64,000 nt of DNA from an uncultured Hyphomicrobiales bacterium (GTDB lineage Bacteria > Bacteroidota > Ignavibacteria > Kapaibacteriales > UBA2268), in NCBI GenBank assembly GCA_964462685.1, contig CAYWYR010000006.1, positions 79,687 to 143,686 of the forward strand. The letters are read 5' to 3'. The translations under genes were made by a program, and so were the position numbers. Shown in pieces: positions 10,435-19,664 of the stretch. The first letter of the stretch is position 1, and every line of letters begins with the position of its first letter. The notes under the pieces are model-generated. The model made no database searches and was not told the DNA's origin. It saw nothing but the letters and a program-made list of their open reading frames with translations.

Positions 10435-12027
10435 TTAAGCATTCATTTTGTGTGTAATGTTTGTAGCTACCGATTTACCCTGCATGAACAGAAGTAGATA
10501 ATCGCGAGAGCCAGCTTTAGAATCTGTACCGGACATATTAAAGCCACCGAACGGATGAACATCAACCAAAGCACCTGTACATTTTCTGTTCAGATATAGG
10601 TTACCGCAATGAAGTTCACGTCTTCCGCGCTCTAGTTTCTCTGGATTGTTCGTAATAAGTCCGCCGGTTAAGCCGTACTTAGTACCATTGAATATCTCGA
10701 TTCCGTGGTCAAAATCTTTAGATTTAATAAGAGCAAGTACCGGACCGAATATCTCTTCTTGGGCAATTGTATCGTTTTCGTCTCTGGTCTCTATTATAGT
10801 AGGCTCGATAAACCAGCCGTTACCTTCGGCTTTGCCACCGCCAAGCAATAGCTTGCCCTCTGATTTGCCTTTTTCGATATAGTCAAGTATTGAGTTATAT
10901 GCTGATTCAGAGATTACAGCGCCCATGTGTTTGTCTTCGTTAGGGTCACCTTGAGAGATTTCTTTTGTTAGTTCGATTACTCGGTCAACTACTTGGTCGT
11001 AAACTTTTTCATCGATGATAGCTCTGGAGCATGCTGAACATTTTTGGCCTTGGAAACCAAAAGCAGCTGCTACTATGGACTTAGCGGATAGTTCAATATC
11101 TGCTTCGCTATCGATAAGCATCGCGTCCTTGCCGCCCATTTCAGCTACAACGCGTTTTAGCCATATCTGACCTTCGTTTACTTTGGCAGCTCTTTCATAA
11201 ATTCTATTTCCTACTTCCATCGAGCCAGTGAAGGAGATGAATCTTGTTTTTGGATGATCTACTAGATAATCACCTGCTTCGGCACCAGAAGCTACTAAGA
11301 AGTTGAGAACACCGTCTGGCAGGCCTAGCTCTTGCAATATCTCAGCAAACAGCCATCCCATCATAGGGGTCTCAGATGATGGTTTAAGAACCACGGTATT
11401 TCCAGATACGATAGCTGCTGCTGTCATACCAACCAATATAGCAAATGGGAAATTCCAAGGCGGAATAACTACTCCGACACCAAGTGGTATGTAGAAGTAT
11501 TCATTTTTTTCGCCTTCCTGCCCAGTCAGAGGTTGATTCTCAGAGTAGCGAAGAGCTTCTCTTGCATAGAACTCAAGAAAATCAATAGCTTCGGCCGTAT
11601 CGGCATCAGCTTCAGTAAAGTTCTTGCCAGCTTCGTTTATCATCCATGCATTTACTTCAAAACGTCTTTCTTTTATTATAGCTGCCGCTTTGAAAAAATA
11701 ATCGGCTCGTTCTTCGGCTGGTACGTTTTTCCATGATTTGAAAGCTTCTTGAGCGGCCTGCATAGCTTTTTCAGCGTCTTCCTTACCGGATTTCTGGAAA
11801 GTACCGATAAGGGTATCTTTATCGCTCGGCGAGTAGGATTTAGTTTTCCTATCTGTAGTTACTTTTTCGCCACCTATAATATTAGGATATTCTTTGCCAA
11901 ACTGCTCTTTGACTTTAGCGATCGCTTCTTTTTGCTTTCTTGAGTTTTCTTCGATTGAAAAATCTAGAACCTCACAGTTCTGGAATTTTTCCATTCTTAC
12001 CTCTGGGATTGATTTAATTTTTGACAA
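10435..12027 (-). CDS. rocA: L-glutamate gamma-semialdehyde (1-pyrroline-5-carboxylate) dehydrogenase, aldehyde dehydrogenase family; annotated start is TTG, true start may be the internal ATG 11 codons downstream
   Basis: ALDH catalytic region EMGGKDA and FGFQGQKCSACSR (catalytic Cys context characteristic of P5CDH), ~530 aa. Confidence 0.8.
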   Translation of the reverse strand: MSKIKSIPEVRMEKFQNCEVLDFSIEENSRKQKEAIAKVKEQFGKEYPNIIGGEKVTTDRKTKSYSPSDKDTLIGTFQKSGKEDAEKAMQAAQEAFKSWKNVPAEERADYFFKAAAIIKERRFEVNAWMINEAGKNFTEADADTAEAIDFLEFYAREALRYSENQPLTGQEGEKNEYFYIPLGVGVVIPPWNFPFAILVGMTAAAIVSGNTVVLKPSSETPMMGWLFAEILQELGLPDGVLNFLVASGAEAGDYLVDHPKTRFISFTGSMEVGNRIYERAAKVNEGQIWLKRVVAEMGGKDAMLIDSEADIELSAKSIVAAAFGFQGQKCSACSRAIIDEKVYDQVVDRVIELTKEISQGDPNEDKHMGAVISESAYNSILDYIEKGKSEGKLLLGGGKAEGNGWFIEPTIIETRDENDTIAQEEIFGPVLALIKSKDFDHGIEIFNGTKYGLTGGLITNNPEKLERGRRELHCGNLYLNRKCTGALVDVHPFGGFNMSGTDSKAGSRDYLLLFMQGKSVATNITHKMNA

Positions 12028-12198
12028 AAAACTATTTGAAGTCAGGTGCTAGCATTGTTAAAGATTAAAGTATAATATCTTTAGATAATGCTTATTCTAT
12101 TTTTGCAATATAAGCCTCAAAAAGGCAAAAGCTATATAAGTGGAAAATACAGATTTCAAATTTGATATGGTATTATCCAGAGCTAGTTTATCTTATGC

Positions 12199-12636
12199 TC
12201 AGACTAATACTTCATCGTCGGCATCCACAAGGTAGAATCTATCTATGTGTATCTCAAATACATCCCCGTTTTCCTTCACCATCTTGAATGAGCCTTCCAT
12301 AGTCCCCCAAGGGGTATCCAGCGGGCAGTAACTTGAATAGGAGAATGTATCGCCAGGCTTAAACTCAGGGGAATATCCCACTACGCCGGGCCCTTCCACT
12401 CTTTCCTCATTGCCTTCGGCATCGATTATCAACCACTTGCGGGATAACAGCTTAGCCCATTTATCGCTTTCGTTGATTATGGTAATATTATACTCAAACA
12501 GGTATTTCGTATCGCTGTTAAAAGTATCAGGATTGATGGGTAATGGGTTTACAACAACTCGAAAACCTTCGGTAAGCGCTACCGATCCTTTGTCATTAAC
12601 AGAGTATTTTGTTTTCCTGTAACTTTCCTTTGTCAT
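12199..12636 (-). CDS. apaG: ApaG domain protein (DUF525)
   Basis: GPGVVGYSPEFKPGDTFSYSSYCPLDTPWGTMEGSFKMVKENG matches the ApaG consensus GxGVVG..P.i.PGe.y.Y.S...TP.GtM.G.y. Confidence 0.75.
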   Translation of the reverse strand: MTKESYRKTKYSVNDKGSVALTEGFRVVVNPLPINPDTFNSDTKYLFEYNITIINESDKWAKLLSRKWLIIDAEGNEERVEGPGVVGYSPEFKPGDTFSYSSYCPLDTPWGTMEGSFKMVKENGDVFEIHIDRFYLVDADDEVLV

Positions 12637-12827
12637 AGCTTAGCCGTAATTTTACATCTGTTATTACGTTCGTATATCATATTCATTATAGGTTTTTCGA
12701 TAAAGTATTCGGAAGCTATATAATCAAAATCTTTAACCTCTGAATTTTAATCAAAAGCTCCAACCAATCCAAACTCTCCAAAGAGGAATCTACTCAGGCT
12801 AAAAGAAACGCTATTCTCACCGAACCT

Positions 12828-14135
12828 ATGTGGCCATTAACCTGGAAGCAGTCCCTTCCGGGGATTCTCGGTATGCTGATGTTCGGTATCAACGCTTTTG
12901 TTGATGCTATTTTTATCGGTCGAGCTATAGGGGAGACTGCACTGGCTGGCGTATCTTTGGTTTTCCCGCTCACCAGTTTCGTTTTTGGCCTTTCATCTCT
13001 GGTAGGTATCGGTGTATCATCCTACCTGTCAATATTGTTGGGGGAGGGTGATTATAAGAAGGCATCACGAATACCATCGATAGCACTTACTCTTTCGCTG
13101 CTTTTATCATTGATACCACTTAGTGCCGGGGTTTTCTTCCCCGATCAGATTATATCTCTTATGGGTGGTAGCGGTGAAATACTCGAGCTAGGCGTGGAAT
13201 ATTTTACCTTAAGGATGTACTTAGCATTTTTCGTGATCTACGGTGTCTCCTCAAATATGCTTATAAGGGCCGAAGGGAAAATGGCAACGGCTATGTGGCT
13301 TGCATCCACGGGCATTATAGTAAACCTTATCTGTAATTACATTTTTATAGTCGAAATGGATATGGGGGTTTCCGGGGCAGCCCATGCAACCAATATTGGG
13401 ATGGTGGCATATTCAGTAGCTAATACTCTATACTATATTCTCAACAAATCAAGCTATCCGATATCCAAGAGACTAATCTATCTTAAATCGAAGATTGTAA
13501 AGCGTGTTTTCTCCGTAGGTTCACCATCAATCATACAGTCCACTATGCAACTTGTACAGCAGGCATTGATATTCAACCTACTCGGTATATATGGAGATGA
13601 ATCCGATATTGCTTTTTATGGCGTAGTTGGAAGATTGTTCCTTGTAGCTCTGATACCTGTATTCGGTATGGTCAGGAGCGTTCAGCCTATATTCGGGATT
13701 AATTACGGGGCACAAAAATATGATCGGGTAAGATCGGCAAATACAACATTTACTGTCGGGGGGCTAATGCTGATGGGGGTTATCGGTACGTTTATGCTTC
13801 TATTCCCGGAGGCTGCGGTATCGGCTATGGTGCCGGAACTCGTAATGGACAGTGACAAGGTCTTCCTGTTTAGGTTAGTGATGTTCATAGTACCGCTACT
13901 TCCATTCATATTTATGACAGTAGTGCTCAACCAATCGATTTCCGACGGACGAATAGCTGTAGGTATCACTATACTCCGGCAGGTTCTCATCTTTATTCCT
14001 CTACTTTTCTTGTTTACATATATGAGCGGAGTGGCAGGGGTTTACTACACAATATTCACTACAGAGCTTCTGGTTGTAATCATATCTATCTGGCTTACTC
14101 GTTACCAGTTAAAAAACATAAGGGTAAATAACTGA
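12828..14135 (+). CDS. MATE family multidrug/oligosaccharide efflux transporter
   Basis: 12 TM-like segments, N-terminal GMLMFGINAFVDAIFIGRAIGETALAGVSL typical of MATE/NorM proteins. Confidence 0.7.
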   Translation: MWPLTWKQSLPGILGMLMFGINAFVDAIFIGRAIGETALAGVSLVFPLTSFVFGLSSLVGIGVSSYLSILLGEGDYKKASRIPSIALTLSLLLSLIPLSAGVFFPDQIISLMGGSGEILELGVEYFTLRMYLAFFVIYGVSSNMLIRAEGKMATAMWLASTGIIVNLICNYIFIVEMDMGVSGAAHATNIGMVAYSVANTLYYILNKSSYPISKRLIYLKSKIVKRVFSVGSPSIIQSTMQLVQQALIFNLLGIYGDESDIAFYGVVGRLFLVALIPVFGMVRSVQPIFGINYGAQKYDRVRSANTTFTVGGLMLMGVIGTFMLLFPEAAVSAMVPELVMDSDKVFLFRLVMFIVPLLPFIFMTVVLNQSISDGRIAVGITILRQVLIFIPLLFLFTYMSGVAGVYYTIFTTELLVVIISIWLTRYQLKNIRVNN

Positions 14136-14136
14136 T

Positions 14137-14535
14137 ATGCTAAACAAACTACAGAATACTGATTTAGCGGCACTCATGATCAGAATTATATTCGGTGGGC
14201 TGATGCTTGTAAACCATGGCTGGGGTAAATTTGATAAAATCTCCTCAGGAAATCTCGGGTTCCCTGATCCCTTAGGTATAGGTTCGGAGATATCGCTTTA
14301 TCTCGCTGTCTTTTCCGAAGTGATATGTGCAGCACTGGTAACTGTAGGCTTATTTACGAGAGCCGCCACGATACCTTTGGTTTTTACAATGGGTGTGGCT
14401 TTTTTCGTGGTTCACGGCGGTGATGCTTTCGCTGAGAAAGAGTCATCTTTCATGTACCTGCTCGGATATTTGGCAATAATATTCATTGGCCCAGGTAAAT
14501 ACTCTATGGATAGAGCTTTCAGAAAGAAAATGTAG
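14137..14535 (+). CDS. DoxX family membrane protein
   Basis: 132 aa, 4 TM helices, LMLVNHGWGK motif typical of DoxX. Confidence 0.6.
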   Translation: MLNKLQNTDLAALMIRIIFGGLMLVNHGWGKFDKISSGNLGFPDPLGIGSEISLYLAVFSEVICAALVTVGLFTRAATIPLVFTMGVAFFVVHGGDAFAEKESSFMYLLGYLAIIFIGPGKYSMDRAFRKKM

Positions 14536-14635
14536 TTCAATATAGCTGATAATGATTCTTTAGCTTTGCAAATTGAACCTTTTATACTATTATAGTAATC
14601 TGAATCTTCTCTCTCACCAAGCTTTATTTTAGAAA

Positions 14636-16498
14636 GTGTTCATATTTAATAGTAGGCCAGCTTTAGGCTTTATTTTCATTTCCGGCATTTCAGCTATTGT
14701 TGCCGATCATCTCTTTGGATTGTGGCCTGGTTTATTACACTTCTACTCTATACTCGCCGTAATCAGTATAGCACTTGGGGCTGCGTTACTGTCCTACTGG
14801 AAAGATAATATAAAGCCGATATCGATTTTTCTTATGTGTTTCTCGGTAGGAGCTATTTTCTCATATAACCTCAACATGCTTGAACTGCCCTATCCAGACT
14901 ATATAAAAAGCGATGAAAAGGCCTTGGTTCAGGGTGTTATTACAGATATATTGAAATCAGAGGACGGGCTTAGTAGATATATAGTAAACGGAATTATAGA
15001 TACTAAAAGCTTAGAGGCTATCAGGCATGGCGTAATGGTTGTAGATTTCAGCGATAATATACCAGATTTAGGCAGTCAGGTAAGGATCAAAGGCACAATT
15101 GTTTACCCCGAAACACCGAATCTGCCGGGCGAGTTTGATAGCTCGTCATACCTCAAATCTAAAGGCTGCGTCGGGACTGTTTTGACCCGAGACGTATCAA
15201 TCGATTATACATTAAACCAGAGCGGTCTCTATCTGACCTGGCTCAAATATCTGCATAAAAGCCGAAATGCAATAGATAACACTCTCAGAAAGTATTATTC
15301 AGGCCACCAATACCCCGTGATAAAAGCCATGCTTCTCGGTGATAAATCTGAACTGTCCAAAGATACGCGGCAGATGTATTCAAGATCAGGAACGGCCCAC
15401 CTATTGGCAGTAAGCGGTCTCCATACTGGTATAGTAGCGGCGGTAGTTTTCTTCATGTTATCAGGTGTGAGAAATAAACAGGTCAAGTTTTGGGTCTTCA
15501 CACTGCTTTTAACGGGTTTTGTTATACTTAGCGGTTTTCAGCCTTCGGCCATCAGGGCAGGAACAATGGCGGTTATATTCTTATGGATACATCTCTCGGA
15601 AAGAAAAGCCGATTCGCTGAATGTATTCGCATTTGCCGTAGCCATAGCCTTGATAATAGACCCTAGCCTTTTCTATTCGATCGGTTTTAGGATGTCCGTA
15701 ATGGCGGTATTAGGTATTTTGTTATTCTATTCCAAGCTATATAAATCACTTGTTTCAATATTGAGAAATAGATTTGTATCTTCATCTTTAGCAGTAAGTG
15801 TAGCATCATCGGTATTACTCTTTCCATATATAGCTTATGTTTTCGGGAGCTTTTCAATTATATCACCATTAGCGAATTTAGTAATTGTACCGATCTATTC
15901 TTTGGGGTTAGTCTTTTCAATAATAGCAGAGCTTTTCACTGGTTTGTTAACTCCGATAGCAGAGACTTATCATAATGCCAGCGGTTTCTTACTTGATATA
16001 GGTATGATCGCGAACGAGTATTTCGCAAGCTTATCTTGGGCTTCGGTTGATAGCGAAGCGGCCTTCCCCTTTGCGGCAGTGTACAGTCTTGTATTGATTG
16101 CCTTGCTTATCAATGTATATTGGCCATTAAAAATCGCAATAGCTTCTACTACCCTGTTGTTTATAATAACGCCTGTTTCCGAAGAAGATATGAGAATCTA
16201 CAATAGAAAGAACCTCGTTTATATAGAAAGTCAAAATTCAGGCGCTTCTTTGATTCTTGACAAACATTACTCTGATTATCCTAAAACTGATTTCGGACTT
16301 ATGAATTATCTAGGTAATAAACTGGAGGTAGGTGATACAGTTTTGATTTCCGGCCTGCACGGAATGAAGCTTACGGATATGTACAAATACGATAGAAAGC
16401 TTGAGATAATCGAGATTGATACAGCAACACAGAGGTCATTCCTCGAAAAAACAAACATTGATATAACAAACACGTCGGTTAAGTCTGATAGCAGATAG
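14636..16498 (+). CDS. comEC: ComEC/Rec2-family DNA internalisation channel protein (no metallo-beta-lactamase domain)
   Basis: Competence-domain motif MYSRSGTAHLLAVSGLHTGIV and polytopic membrane architecture. Confidence 0.7.
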   Translation: MFIFNSRPALGFIFISGISAIVADHLFGLWPGLLHFYSILAVISIALGAALLSYWKDNIKPISIFLMCFSVGAIFSYNLNMLELPYPDYIKSDEKALVQGVITDILKSEDGLSRYIVNGIIDTKSLEAIRHGVMVVDFSDNIPDLGSQVRIKGTIVYPETPNLPGEFDSSSYLKSKGCVGTVLTRDVSIDYTLNQSGLYLTWLKYLHKSRNAIDNTLRKYYSGHQYPVIKAMLLGDKSELSKDTRQMYSRSGTAHLLAVSGLHTGIVAAVVFFMLSGVRNKQVKFWVFTLLLTGFVILSGFQPSAIRAGTMAVIFLWIHLSERKADSLNVFAFAVAIALIIDPSLFYSIGFRMSVMAVLGILLFYSKLYKSLVSILRNRFVSSSLAVSVASSVLLFPYIAYVFGSFSIISPLANLVIVPIYSLGLVFSIIAELFTGLLTPIAETYHNASGFLLDIGMIANEYFASLSWASVDSEAAFPFAAVYSLVLIALLINVYWPLKIAIASTTLLFIITPVSEEDMRIYNRKNLVYIESQNSGASLILDKHYSDYPKTDFGLMNYLGNKLEVGDTVLISGLHGMKLTDMYKYDRKLEIIEIDTATQRSFLEKTNIDITNTSVKSDSR

Positions 16499-16531
16499 CA
16501 TAGTATCAATGAATATTAAACTGAAACCCTG

Positions 16532-17320
16532 ATGCCACAGAAAGCAATAGTCCATACAGCCAAATACCCTGAAGTTGATGTAGAATTTATCAATACAAAA
16601 GACTTTCCAGTTACGATTGGGTGTACTCTGAATTCTGAGGAAAAACCATTTACTATAGGCCCTTCGAGAAATACTGATAGTAATCTGATAAAAGAGAACA
16701 AGGCAAAGCTGAACGCATATCTAAAAACCAAACCCTCTAAATCAATATATCTCTACCAAACACATAGCGATAATATTTATCTGCCTGATAGTTCTACGGA
16801 GTTAAGACTGGATGGAGGTTATGATAATGTAGGAGAATATGATGCTGCTATATCGAATATTAAGGGTTCACAGATCAATCTATCTGTAGCTGATTGTGGT
16901 GCTGTAATACTTTTCCATAGGGATAGTAATACCATTGCATGTATTCACAGTGGATGGAAAGGCACAGAAAAGTCTATTACAGAAAAAACTATAATAAAAT
17001 TTGCCAAAGGTTTGGGTAAGTCAGTTGATCAAATAGCAAATAGCTTGGTTGTTTGGTTACTTCCATCAGCAACAGGCGACGCTTATGAAGTAGGGGAGGA
17101 ATTTATTGAAAAGTTCCCTGATTCGATAAGCCTAAAAGCGGGTAAAGTATATTTTGATAACAAAAAAGAAATTATTTCAAGGTTGACTGGTTTGGGTGTT
17201 AAGGATGAAAATATCCATGTTTGCGCCTCCTGTACCATTGGGGACAACAAGTATCATTCTTTCCGTAGAGAAGGGGAGTTATCCGGCAGGATGAACGCTT
17301 TTGTAAGGCTAGAGGGCTAA
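16532..17320 (+). CDS. pgeF: Peptidoglycan editing factor PgeF / YfiH (DUF152, laccase-domain purine nucleoside phosphorylase)
   Basis: Conserved YQTHSDNIY, SVADCGAVILF and ACIHSGWKGT segments (Cys/His ligand positions of YfiH family). Confidence 0.7.
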   Translation: MPQKAIVHTAKYPEVDVEFINTKDFPVTIGCTLNSEEKPFTIGPSRNTDSNLIKENKAKLNAYLKTKPSKSIYLYQTHSDNIYLPDSSTELRLDGGYDNVGEYDAAISNIKGSQINLSVADCGAVILFHRDSNTIACIHSGWKGTEKSITEKTIIKFAKGLGKSVDQIANSLVVWLLPSATGDAYEVGEEFIEKFPDSISLKAGKVYFDNKKEIISRLTGLGVKDENIHVCASCTIGDNKYHSFRREGELSGRMNAFVRLEG

Positions 17321-17323
17321 AGA

Positions 17324-17731
17324 ATGAAGTATATTATCGGTAACATCAATTCTTCCACCTACAAAGCTGAAATCTCATTACTTCTTAAAGGGCTTTTTGA
17401 AGACATAAAGCTGATTCATATCTTAAAGCTTAAGAAAAATAAGGCTTTTGCGGTTATTACAAAAAAAGATGATGTTAGGTCAGAAGATGAAGATCATGTT
17501 TCAGAGCTAACTAATAGCGACTTAGTAGATAGCCAAGATGATAGTAACCAAGCTAATATCAATGGCAATGATATAACTTTGCTAAACGGTTATTTGTTCG
17601 GAGGTAATAGATTAACTGTAAAAGAAGTAACCGCCTATAAGCCTAAAGAACAATCAGAAAAGAAAAAGAATCCCCGCAAGAAAAAGCCTACACTAAAAAA
17701 TAAGGATAGTACTGCTGATGCAGATGATTGA
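17324..17731 (+). CDS. Hypothetical RRM-like RNA-binding protein with acidic insertion and lysine-rich tail
   Basis: RNP-like stretches YIIGNI and KAFAVITKK, later LNGYLFGGNRLTVKEV. A ~40-aa Asp/Glu/Ser-rich insert separates them, and the C-terminus is very basic (KKKNPRKKKPTLKNK). Confidence 0.35.
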   Translation: MKYIIGNINSSTYKAEISLLLKGLFEDIKLIHILKLKKNKAFAVITKKDDVRSEDEDHVSELTNSDLVDSQDDSNQANINGNDITLLNGYLFGGNRLTVKEVTAYKPKEQSEKKKNPRKKKPTLKNKDSTADADD

Positions 17732-18461
17732 AACCAAGTACGAAAATGATATATTATATCTATATTTAAGTAGGAACGATAAAAAAAACGCACTCAACCC
17801 AGAATTTGTAAAGCAGATTTCTAATTCTATTTCCTCTATTCCTGAAACCGCAAAAGCACTAGTTATATCCTCTACTGGTGATACTTTTTGTGCAGGTGCC
17901 GATCTGGACTGGGTTAGGCAAGGGCAACATCAAAGCAGAGAACAGAATTTTAATGAATCGCTTGAGCTGGTAAAGCTACTGGCTTCATTATCGGATTTGC
18001 CTATACCAGTGATAACTATAGCTAAAGGTGCTGCCGTTGGTGCAGGTGCAGGTTTGCTCCTTAATTCAGATCATATTATCGTACAAAAGAATACTGTTTT
18101 GAGTTTTTCGGAGGTAAAGATAGGTGTTGTGCCTGTTGCTATCATAGAGAAAATGTTCGATGTATTTCCTTATTACAAAGCCAAAGAACTTCTCCTTACA
18201 GGCAGAAGGATAAAAGGCTCCGATCTAAAAAAAATAGGTATAACCGATAACGTTTACTCAAGCGATACAGATGCCAAAATCATGTTGGATGAAATAATTG
18301 ATGAGATAAGCACTACTAAGCCAGAGGCAGTTTCGATGACAAAACATCTTATCAGTAGTAGCTCCAAGCCGAAACTTGCCCAAGAGTTTATAGCGGAGAA
18401 AATCGCTGATCTGCGAAATACCGAAGAAGCCCGTGAGGGTATAGATAAGTTCTTCTCGTAA
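17718..18461 (+). CDS. Enoyl-CoA hydratase/isomerase (crotonase) family protein
   Basis: NALNPEF...CAGADL oxyanion-hole segment and GAAVGAGAGL second motif; overlaps upstream ORF by 14 nt. Confidence 0.7.
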   Translation: MQMIETKYENDILYLYLSRNDKKNALNPEFVKQISNSISSIPETAKALVISSTGDTFCAGADLDWVRQGQHQSREQNFNESLELVKLLASLSDLPIPVITIAKGAAVGAGAGLLLNSDHIIVQKNTVLSFSEVKIGVVPVAIIEKMFDVFPYYKAKELLLTGRRIKGSDLKKIGITDNVYSSDTDAKIMLDEIIDEISTTKPEAVSMTKHLISSSSKPKLAQEFIAEKIADLRNTEEAREGIDKFFS

Positions 18462-18511
18462 TGCTTTATTAATTTCGCAGTATATCCTATAACAAACTTT
18501 ATGGCATCAGA

Positions 18512-19462
18512 ATGAAGATAAGCGGTTTCACAATGGGCAGAAACGTAGGCAAATTGTACTATCCTATAGCCGAATCTATTAAATCTATATTGCCAATCGT
18601 TGATGAGTTTGTTGTAGCTTATGGCAAAAGCGATGAGGATGACGATGCACTTCAGAGAATAAAAGCTATTGGTTCAGATAAGATCAAGATCATTGAAACC
18701 GAATGGGACTTAGAGAAATATCCTAACGGAACTGAGAATGCCCACCAAACAGATATAGCCAAAGATCATTGTACCGGGGATTGGCTTTTTTATCTTCAGG
18801 CTGATGAAGTGGTACATGAAAAGTATTTGCCTATTATAGAAAATCGCTGCAAGGAATTAATAGGAAATAATGAAGTAGAAGGGCTGCTATTCAAATACAG
18901 ACACTTCTGGGGGGATTACGATCATTATATGGACTCTCATTCTTGGTATCCTCATGAAATAAGGATAGTCCGCAATCTACCTGAAATCCACTCCTGGGAA
19001 TCTGCCCAATCCTTTAGAAGAATACCAGGATTCGATAGGGTCGATTACCGTCAGCAAGAAGGAACGCATAAACTCAAAGTAGCATTGGTTGATGCCTACA
19101 TCTATCACTACGGTTGGGTGCGGCCGCCAAAGTACATGCAGAACAAGCGTAAAGCTCTTGATACTATCCATAAAGGGGGCGGTAAGGTATCTGAAATGTA
19201 CCAGACACAGACTGATGAGTTTGATTACGGCCCGTTGGATCTCGCTAAGATTCACGATGGGACTCACCCTGCGGTAATGGCGGACTGGATAGCGAGGTTC
19301 GATTGGGCCGGTAGTCTAAGACAGTCCGGATCTATACCCAAAAACAGACCTCCGATGAAACACGAACGCACCAAGTATAAGTTTATCTCTTGGCTTGAAG
19401 ATACATTTAACGGGGGTAAGCAGCTCGGGGGTTTCAAGAACTATGAGCTGCTTGATATCTGA
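18512..19462 (+). CDS. Hypothetical protein, possibly GT-A-like glycosyltransferase
   Basis: N-terminal beta-alpha-beta segment with acidic cluster (KSDEDDD) and a later ADE motif loosely resemble nucleotide-sugar binding; no firm family match by eye. Confidence 0.25.
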   Translation: MKISGFTMGRNVGKLYYPIAESIKSILPIVDEFVVAYGKSDEDDDALQRIKAIGSDKIKIIETEWDLEKYPNGTENAHQTDIAKDHCTGDWLFYLQADEVVHEKYLPIIENRCKELIGNNEVEGLLFKYRHFWGDYDHYMDSHSWYPHEIRIVRNLPEIHSWESAQSFRRIPGFDRVDYRQQEGTHKLKVALVDAYIYHYGWVRPPKYMQNKRKALDTIHKGGGKVSEMYQTQTDEFDYGPLDLAKIHDGTHPAVMADWIARFDWAGSLRQSGSIPKNRPPMKHERTKYKFISWLEDTFNGGKQLGGFKNYELLDI

Positions 19463-19615
19463 CCCCTAATGCAGTCGATAACAAGCTTTGTTTAATGTAT
19501 ATTGTAATAAAACCTATACCAATGATATATAGATAATAAACAAATACTTATAGTTATCGTGGAAAACCAAATCAATTCAATTCTATTTTCGCTTTTCATT
19601 TAGCTTGGATTTAAT

Positions 19616-19623
19616 TAAATTTG
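19616..19623 (+). promoter_or_regulatory. Candidate Bacteroidota-type -7 promoter element TAAATTTG upstream of the E1 dehydrogenase gene
   Basis: Exact TAnnTTTG match about 40 nt upstream of the ATG at 19665. Confidence 0.25.
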
Positions 19624-19664
19624 TAGCTATTCAATTTGACAAAAAACGTTAATCAGGACTAAGA

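Noticed and set aside
10221-10457. ORF 10221..10457 (+) in the ATPase-rocA intergenic region
   Set aside because: It overlaps the start of the ATPase gene and the rocA terminator hairpin, has low-complexity composition, and has no upstream signals.
12021-12035. TTGACAAAAAAC motif shared with the E1 upstream region (19636..19648), as a possible common regulatory site
   Set aside because: At 12021 it overlaps the TTG start codon of rocA on the opposite strand and is not upstream of a plus-strand gene. Two occurrences of an A-rich 12-mer in 64 kb of 40% GC DNA are not beyond chance.
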